Source: Candidatus Wolfebacteria bacterium GW2011_GWA1_44_24 (GTDB lineage Bacteria > Patescibacteriota > Minisyncoccia > UBA6257 > UBA9933). From it: 64,000 nucleotides of DNA. Positions 58,246 through 64,000 of the stretch are shown piece by piece. The stretch spans positions 71,501-135,500 of the forward strand of contig LCIO01000001.1 of assembly GCA_001001115.1 (NCBI GenBank), given 5' to 3'. The translations under genes and the position numbers were made by a program. The notes beneath the pieces were generated by a model that was not told where the DNA came from, did no database searches, and saw only the letters and a program-made list of their open reading frames with translations. Position 1 is the stretch's first letter. The number at the start of each line of letters is the position of its first letter.

Positions 58246-59499
58246 TTACATCTCAACATATCCTTTCACGAAATTTTCCCTAAGGACTTCTTCCAATTTT
58301 TCTCTGCCGAAATATTCGATAAAAATCTTATTCCACAAAGATTCCTGATGATGATAAAGATATTTTTCCAGTTCTTTTTCCCGAATCAAAGCCATAATGG
58401 CGTCAACCAAATTAAAACTGATTAAAGCTTCGATGCCTCCGGAAGTTTTGAAATAATCGCCTACCCAATCCAAATCCTGCCAAAAAAGGAAATTGACGTA
58501 AACGTTCTTGAAAATTTTATTAATGCCCGTCAACGCTTCTTCCGCTTTTATCCAATAAAAAGCTTCGGGCGAAATATGGGGTTCAACCAACCGCCAATCG
58601 TTTTCATCGTATCTTGCCAAATATCTCGGAATAATCAGCCAACGCAATTTATCGGTTTCCGGCGGCCGCTTATTGATTACTTCCACCTTAATGACCGAAG
58701 CCAGATTTTTCCCGAAACTCTGCGGTTCTTTGGTAAAATTCTCGAACAATTCGGCGTTGAATTTTACTTCGTAAAAATAATGAAGCGCCAAGGAAAACAT
58801 TCTGGTTACTTCGCCAAGCATCCCCAATTCTATCGGCACCACAAAAATAAATCCCAGTTCCTTCAAATGGGAAATGTTTTGGTATTTCTTTTTGAGAAAT
58901 GTTTGCGCCACGCCGACCCATTTTTGCTCCAAAGACCTCATTTCTATTTTTCTTTTTTCGAAATCAGCCGGAACAAGCGCCAGATATTGCTTGGAGAAAA
59001 TATCGTTAAACCATTTTGAATCTTCAAAAAGCCGGATAGCGGCGTAAATTTCAAAGATATCCTCCCTCTCAATCAATTCTTCGACGCTTTTATATCCCAA
59101 ATAATTGATAATTTTTTGCGGCGGTTCTTTTTTCAAAAATTCAACCGCTTTTTCTTTTTTCAGGAAGAATCCTTCGGTCGGTGAAATCAATTCTTTAACC
59201 TTCATCAAAACCATATCCACGTCTTCTTTCAGCATAAAAGACGGCTTACCCAGCGCTTTAAACAGTTGAAGGTCGTCTTCCCGTATTTTTTCGATTAAAC
59301 CACGATAAATTTCTTCGGCAGGAATGCTAGCGCCCAATTCTTTAAGCTGGAGACGATTTCTTATCAACGTTTCGTTTTCATCAAGAATTTTATCCAAAAC
59401 GCCGATTTTACCGGTCAAAGCCTCGGCTTTTTTAATCAGATTCCCGATCGTTTCTTTGTCGCTTCTTAAAATTTTGGCTATTTTTTCTATTGAAGTCAT
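58246..59499 (-). CDS. hypothetical protein
   Basis: 417 aa, no recognisable motif. Confidence 0.3.
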   Translation of the reverse strand: MTSIEKIAKILRSDKETIGNLIKKAEALTGKIGVLDKILDENETLIRNRLQLKELGASIPAEEIYRGLIEKIREDDLQLFKALGKPSFMLKEDVDMVLMKVKELISPTEGFFLKKEKAVEFLKKEPPQKIINYLGYKSVEELIEREDIFEIYAAIRLFEDSKWFNDIFSKQYLALVPADFEKRKIEMRSLEQKWVGVAQTFLKKKYQNISHLKELGFIFVVPIELGMLGEVTRMFSLALHYFYEVKFNAELFENFTKEPQSFGKNLASVIKVEVINKRPPETDKLRWLIIPRYLARYDENDWRLVEPHISPEAFYWIKAEEALTGINKIFKNVYVNFLFWQDLDWVGDYFKTSGGIEALISFNLVDAIMALIREKELEKYLYHHQESLWNKIFIEYFGREKLEEVLRENFVKGYVEM

Positions 59500-59515
59500 T
59501 GAAAATATTTGTTGA

Positions 59516-60160
59516 TTAGCGATTATTCACCAACGGCACAAAACTGAATCCAAAATATTCTTTTTTTGAAAATTCATCTTTGCCGGTTTTATCAATTACC
59601 ACGACGCTGTGTCCGACCGGCGCCACGATACGGCCGCCGATTTTCAATTGTTTTTTCCATTCCTGTGGAATTTCTCCGTAAGCCGCCGCTCCGGCAATAA
59701 TTTTATCATAATGGGTGTCTTTCTTATACCCTTTTGAGCCGTCTCCCAGAACAATCAAAACAATTCCTTTTTCCGTATAATTATACTTGGAAACATTTTT
59801 TTCCGCCATATCTTTTAATTCCGGAATTCTTTCGATGCCGATGATTCTTCCACCGGCTGGCGGATCCCCGACAATATGCGCCAAAAGCGCGGCTGTCCAG
59901 CCGGAGCCGACGCCAACATCAAGAATTTTCTCACCTTTTTTCGGTTCCAAAAGTTCCAGCATAAACGCCACGGTCAACGGCTGGGAAATCGTCTGGCCAA
60001 AACCGATGGGAAGAGGCGCGTTGACATAAGCATCTTTTTTGTATTCTTCCAAAACAAAATCAGCCCGGTCTGTCGCCCCGAAAGCCTCGATAATTTCCGG
60101 CGTTTTCAAATAACCGTCTTTAACAAGCGAATTTATAAGGTTTTCGTATTCGAGATTCAT
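59516..60160 (-). CDS. pcm: protein-L-isoaspartate O-methyltransferase
   Basis: GQTISQPLTVAFMLELL and the SAM motif ILDVGVGSGWTAALLA. Confidence 0.8.
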   Translation of the reverse strand: MNLEYENLINSLVKDGYLKTPEIIEAFGATDRADFVLEEYKKDAYVNAPLPIGFGQTISQPLTVAFMLELLEPKKGEKILDVGVGSGWTAALLAHIVGDPPAGGRIIGIERIPELKDMAEKNVSKYNYTEKGIVLIVLGDGSKGYKKDTHYDKIIAGAAAYGEIPQEWKKQLKIGGRIVAPVGHSVVVIDKTGKDEFSKKEYFGFSFVPLVNNR

Positions 60161-60227
60161 TATATTGATTCAATAAACTGATTATGTTATGCTAATTATA
60201 GTAAATAATTAGTTTTATCGCCAATTT

Positions 60228-60476
60228 TTGAACCTTAAAAATGGAGGGGTTGTGGTCAAATTGCCTCGATGCCCGAATTGCAACAAAATTCTTATCTGCG
60301 AATTCAACGAAAAGGAGGTAAAACAGAAAGGAAAAAACATGTATTGCTCTTATTGTAAATATCTTCTGTGGATTCCTATAGACAAAGAACAAGAGCCGAC
60401 ACTAATTGCCGATAACAACTTCACCGAGCGGTATAATAATTTGCGCTCGGACATAAAAAAAGGCTTAGCCCCCTGA
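60228..60476 (+). CDS. small zinc-ribbon protein
   Basis: 82 aa with CPNC ... CSYC pairs. Confidence 0.4.
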   Translation: MNLKNGGVVVKLPRCPNCNKILICEFNEKEVKQKGKNMYCSYCKYLLWIPIDKEQEPTLIADNNFTERYNNLRSDIKKGLAP

Positions 60477-60498
60477 CATTACGTCAGCGGGGTTTTTT
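60468..60498. terminator. rho-independent terminator (bidirectional context)
   Basis: CCCCCTGAC-ATTAC-GTCAGCGGGG followed by TTTTTT, with an A-run upstream. Confidence 0.5.
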
Positions 60499-60519
60499 AC
60501 GGGTTAATTTAGTTAAAAG

Positions 60520-60591
60520 CGGGCCCACTCCGATTCGAACGGAGAACTTCGGTTTTGGAGACCGACATTTTGCCATTAAAACTATGGACCC
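60520..60591 (-). tRNA. tRNA-Trp (anticodon CCA), CCA tail not encoded
   Basis: Acceptor GGGTCCA/TGGGCCC, anticodon stem TCGGT/ACCGA with loop CTCCAAA, and T arm CTCCG-TTCGAAT-CGGAG. Confidence 0.8.
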
Positions 60592-60793
60592 GGCAACAAA
60601 GATTTTATCTTTTTGCCTCTTTATGAGCGGTGTGTTTCCTGCACCACTTGCAGTGTTTTTTTAATTCCAATTTGCGCTCAAGAGATTTTTTTTTGCGCGT
60701 ATAATAATTCACCCGCTTGCAAACGCCGCATTTTAATTTTATTAAATTTTCGCTGAATTTTGATTTAGCCATAATTTTAAAATATTATCCGTG

Positions 60794-60865
60794 AGCCGAT
60801 GGGGAGAATTGAACTCCCGACCTACTCCTTACCATGGAGTTGCTCTGCCGCTGAGCTACATCGGC
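60794..60865 (-). tRNA. tRNA-Thr (anticodon GGT)
   Basis: Acceptor GCCGATG/CATCGGC, D arm GCTC-AGCGGC-AGAGC, anticodon stem ACTCC/GGAGT with loop ATGGTAA, and T arm GGGAG-TTCAATT-CTCCC. Confidence 0.85.
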
Positions 60866-60921
60866 TAATAAGCATTGGGCTTTGCCCTCTGCCACTGAGT
60901 TGAGTCATCGGCAATAAACCA

Positions 60922-60993
60922 AGCCGGAGAGAGGAGTTGAACCCCCAACCTTTGCTTTACAAAAGCACTGCTCTGCCATTGAGCTACTCCGGC
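60922..60993 (-). tRNA. tRNA-Thr (anticodon TGT)
   Basis: Acceptor GCCGGAG/CTCCGGC, D arm GCTC-AATGGC-AGAGC, anticodon stem GTGCT/AGCAA with loop TTTGTAA, and T arm GGGGG-TTCAACT-CCTCT. Confidence 0.8.
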
Positions 60994-61006
60994 AGCGCTT
61001 ACAATA

Positions 61007-62140
61007 TTACCCCCTTTTTATCAATTCCTCAAGCTCTCCCAGCATTTTTTTCGGTTCGCCTTTTTCAAAATGCTCTCTCACTGGTTTTAATAATTCAATC
61101 AAATACTCCGCGACGAAATTTTTTAAATCTTCCGGATGAAGCTCTTTATTTTTAAACATTTTTTTCAATTCGTCAATGTTATTGAACGTCAAGTTACCGC
61201 CGTGTTCCGGCTTGCGGGGAACAATAATTTTATTCTCGCAGGGAAAAATTAAGTATCCAGCCCAGTCAATAATGGGATTAAATTCAATTTCGCCTTCTGG
61301 ACAATATGCTTTTTTTATTTTTCTTTTGATTTCATCTTCGGAATCGTGAATGAAAACAGCGCTGTCCGGCTTGGATTTGCTCATTTTCATCGAAGTTTGT
61401 TTTTCTTCGTCTTCCGCGCTGGCCGCCGGTTTATCCAGTCCCAAAAGCAAGTGATGATGAACTGCCACCGGCTTAATAATCTCTTTGCCGATTTTTAACG
61501 GCGAGATTTTCAATTGCTTGGCCGCGTCGCGAGCAATGACATTAGCCTTTCGCTGGTCAATGCCAGCCTGGGAAAAGTGAAACCCGCCGGAGAATATGTC
61601 CGCCACTTGCATCGCCGGATAAAGAAGTTTGGCAAAATCAATTTCCTCTCCTTCTTTGCGGCCCATAATGGTGATGCTCCTTTTCATCCGCGCCAATGTC
61701 GTATTTTTGCCGACTTCAATCAATGTCAGCCAGAATTTATCGTTATTATGATAAAAATCCGAAGCCAAAATAAAATTCAAATCTTTTGGGTTGCCACCGA
61801 GGCATTGATAAGCGATTGAAAGCCCTTCCTTGAAATAGCCGACCGCGGTTTTCTTTATGATTTCCAGATTGCCGCCAAGTTTGTCGTTAATCCAGGTGTG
61901 ATAATCAGCCAAAAGAATATGAACTTTTACTCCGGCATCGGCGAAATCTTTGATTTTCTGCATACAAACCAAGCCGGTTCCCAGATGAATTTTACCGGAA
62001 ATTTCAAAGCCGATATAATGATTCAGCGATTCGCCGCTTTTCAATAAAAATTCCAAATCTTCCAGAGTGATAATTTCTTCCGCAAAGCGGGAAATAAGAT
62101 TGATTTTTTCTTTGATATCCATTTCTAATAAAAATAGCAT
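61007..62140 (-). CDS. tyrS: tyrosine--tRNA ligase, archaeal/eukaryotic type
   Basis: HIGH-region [14 protein letters not shown], KMSKS as KMSKSKP, and a C-terminal [26 protein letters not shown]...[30 protein letters not shown]. The last closely parallels archaeal TyrRS (for example the M. jannaschii [25 protein letters not shown]...[30 protein letters not shown]). Confidence 0.85.
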   Translation of the reverse strand: [377 protein letters not shown]

Positions 62141-62180
62141 AAAATTTCCGTTTTTAAAATGGAGATTTTATGCTGTTTTG

Positions 62181-62265
62181 TCCAGGGGGCAGGATTCGAA
62201 CCTGCGCAGGGAACATGCCCGCCTGATTTACAGTCAGGTGCGATTGGCCACTCCGCCACCCCTGG
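62181..62265 (-). tRNA. tRNA-Tyr (anticodon GTA), type II variable arm
   Basis: Acceptor CCAGGGG/CCCCTGG, anticodon stem CCTGA/TCAGG with loop CTGTAAA, variable arm GGGCATGTTCCC, and T arm GCAGG-TTCGAAT-CCTGC. Confidence 0.85.
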
Positions 62266-62658
62266 TTATTCTTTAATTGAAGCAGAATCATCGTCCGCAG
62301 ACGCATTTTCTTCAAATAAATTTGGTTTGTCTTCTTTTGATAATTCGCTGCCGTTGGTTTTTTTGATTTTTTCAATATGACCTGTAACCACATTATCCCA
62401 TTTCATCAGCATCAATTTCAATTTTCTCAAAGATTTTTCAAAAGTCAAACTTAAAACAAAATCAATTTTATCAAGAGGAATTTTGGCGATTAATTTGTCC
62501 AATCGGCCGTGAAACGAATGGTCGGAGGATTCTTCTATGTCGCTGACTCGCGGTGTTGCCCGGGCAACAAGATAAACCATCGCTCCGAGAGAAAGCATTA
62601 TCGCAATTTGAAGGATAAAATTATACATGCTAAATTTCGTATCGGCAGAATTTTTCAA
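62266..62658 (-). CDS. hypothetical membrane protein
   Basis: 130 aa, one TM, no motif. Confidence 0.3.
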   Translation of the reverse strand: MKNSADTKFSMYNFILQIAIMLSLGAMVYLVARATPRVSDIEESSDHSFHGRLDKLIAKIPLDKIDFVLSLTFEKSLRKLKLMLMKWDNVVTGHIEKIKKTNGSELSKEDKPNLFEENASADDDSASIKE

Positions 62659-63070
62659 TTCTGATATTTTCTCCTATTTTCGCGATTGTCGTTTTGAGTA
62701 AAGCCTCTATCGTTAAAGATTCGTCTTTGACGTAATTCTGGGCCAGAAATTCTTTTACATCCGCCGGATTCATCGCCGCAATCTGCATCGCCAGATTATG
62801 CGCCAATTCTTTAAACAACGGATTCCTTGCCGCAAAATCCGTTTCACAGCGCAGTTCCAGCAAAACGCCAACCCGTTCATTATGGATGTAAGAATGAAGC
62901 AAACCGGCGCCGGTGGCCCGTTCGCTTTTTCTCTCGGCTTTGGCCAATCCCTTTTCATGAATAATCGCAACGGCTTTATCCAAATCGTCGTCGGATTCCT
63001 GCAAAGCGCGTTTACAATCCATCACTCCCGCACTGGTGATATCGCGCAATTTTTGAACTTGGTCTTTCAT
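62630..63070 (-). CDS. tsf: elongation factor Ts (short form)
   Basis: N-terminal UBA-like LRDITSAGVMDCKRAL, a core GLLHSYIHNERVGVLLELRCETDFAARN, and C-terminal IAKIGENIRIEKFCRYE. All three are collinear with canonical EF-Ts but with the internal duplication domain shortened. Confidence 0.75.
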   Translation of the reverse strand: MKDQVQKLRDITSAGVMDCKRALQESDDDLDKAVAIIHEKGLAKAERKSERATGAGLLHSYIHNERVGVLLELRCETDFAARNPLFKELAHNLAMQIAAMNPADVKEFLAQNYVKDESLTIEALLKTTIAKIGENIRIEKFCRYEI

Positions 63071-63087
63071 GTGTCAAATGTCAATTG

Positions 63088-63837
63088 TCAAATGTTTATC
63101 TGTTTATCAAGACAATTCATTACCCAATCAACGCTCATTTTCGCGTGGTCATTGGCCGGAATCGGATAATCCGCGAAATCCGGATTGTCATCGCTGTCAA
63201 TGATGCTGACTATTGGAATTTTAAGCTGTCTGGCTTCCTTAATGGCGGTTAAATGACCCTTGATGGCCGTATCAACTACCAGCAAAGCGTCGGGCAATTT
63301 GGTCAGATTTTCCAAGCCGCCAAATAATTTCCGCATTCGCTCTATATTTTTGTTAATTACCACCCTTTCTTTCTTGGTGTGCTTGTCAAATTCGCCTAAC
63401 GCCATATCGGCCTGAACTTTTTTGAAATACTCGAGCCGACCCGAAATTGATTTGAAATTCGTGATTAATCCGCCAGGCCAGCGATTTTTGACATGCGGCA
63501 GATTAAATTTTTTTGCCAAATTTTCTATTGCTCCCGAAGCCGACGGCTGAGTGCCCACCAATAAAATCATTTTATTCTCTTTAACCAGATTTTTTAAAAA
63601 TTCCGCGGCTAAACCAATGGCCGAAACGGTTTTTGCCAAATCGATAATTTCCACATTATTACGGTTGGCAATAATATAAGGTTTGAATTTAGGATTGGTC
63701 TTGGTTTTTGTATGTCCGTACATCACGCCGGCGCCAATCATTTCTTTCAACAATTCAATGTCGGCTTTTGATTCAGCGGTTTCAATTATTTCCTCGGCAA
63801 CGACGGACGGTTCTGTTTTTGTGTCTATTTCAGTCAT
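63088..63837 (-). CDS. rpsB: 30S ribosomal protein S2
   Basis: MIGAGVMYGHTKTKTNPKFKPYI and the remainder of the conserved S2 fold. Confidence 0.85.
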   Translation of the reverse strand: MTEIDTKTEPSVVAEEIIETAESKADIELLKEMIGAGVMYGHTKTKTNPKFKPYIIANRNNVEIIDLAKTVSAIGLAAEFLKNLVKENKMILLVGTQPSASGAIENLAKKFNLPHVKNRWPGGLITNFKSISGRLEYFKKVQADMALGEFDKHTKKERVVINKNIERMRKLFGGLENLTKLPDALLVVDTAIKGHLTAIKEARQLKIPIVSIIDSDDNPDFADYPIPANDHAKMSVDWVMNCLDKQINI

Positions 63838-63848
63838 AATTAAAAAAT

Positions 63849-64000
63849 TTAATATTCTCCTTCCATCATCGGATTCGGCATACCGCCACCTTTTTCTTTT
63901 TTCTCCGGAATGTCAGCCACCACCGCTTCGGTGATTAAAAGCATCGAAGCGATTGAAACCGCGTTCTGCAAAGCGCTACGGGTGACTTTGGTCGGGTCAA
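63849..64000 (-). CDS. groL: chaperonin GroEL, C-terminal fragment (gene continues beyond the window)
   Basis: Minus-strand translation ...[49 protein letters not shown]-stop matches the GroEL C-terminal equatorial segment and Gly-Met tail. Confidence 0.6.
   Translation of the reverse strand, partial: DPTKVTRSALQNAVSIASMLLITEAVVADIPEKKEKGGGMPNPMMEGEY

Noticed and set aside
60600-60780. Possible promoter or small RNA in the 180 nt gap between tRNA-Trp and tRNA-Thr.
   Set aside because: Only weak -35/-10 matches and no convincing conserved structure; there is insufficient evidence.

Overview
This 64 kb window is AT-rich with small, tightly packed genes, a gene content consistent with a reduced-genome bacterium, possibly Patescibacteria/CPR-like (inference). 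It is mostly housekeeping. Protein-coding genes include valS, a 23S-5S rRNA pair with no 16S nearby, infB (frameshifted as assembled), rsmI, typA, cspA, rarA, htpX, rseP, frr, mreB, murA, rpsI-rplM, the fusA-rpsG-rpsL operon, pcm, an archaeal-type tyrS, tsf, rpsB and partial groL. I hand-folded 13 tRNAs: His, Leu, Cys, Ser x2, Arg x2, Asn, Trp, Thr x2 and Tyr, plus one non-canonical tRNA-like element. Accessory content includes a copper cluster (CopB-like P1B ATPase, SHOCT protein, DUF1573 pair, membrane-anchored NirK), a VKOR/DsbA pair, a split NTP-transferase/CDP-alcohol phosphatidyltransferase pair, and MacAB-like efflux with an ECF sigma factor. The standout is a ~5 kb cassette at 24308-29356 bounded by ~185 bp GC-rich inverted repeats. 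Inside it, a strong promoter drives a ~520 nt highly structured leader. That leader is followed by a translationally coupled XRE-HTH gene, a 308 aa retron-like reverse transcriptase and an N6-adenine gamma-class DNA methyltransferase. A convergent C-protein/putative restriction endonuclease unit follows on the other strand. This reverse-transcriptase-embedded restriction-modification module is the main candidate for a novel system. A second anomaly is a GC-rich segment at 41079-44634 next to tRNA-Ser(GGA), marked by a perfect 42 bp direct repeat. Coordinates of hand-called features (tRNAs, repeats, small ORFs, promoters) come from manual counting and may be off by 1-2 nt.
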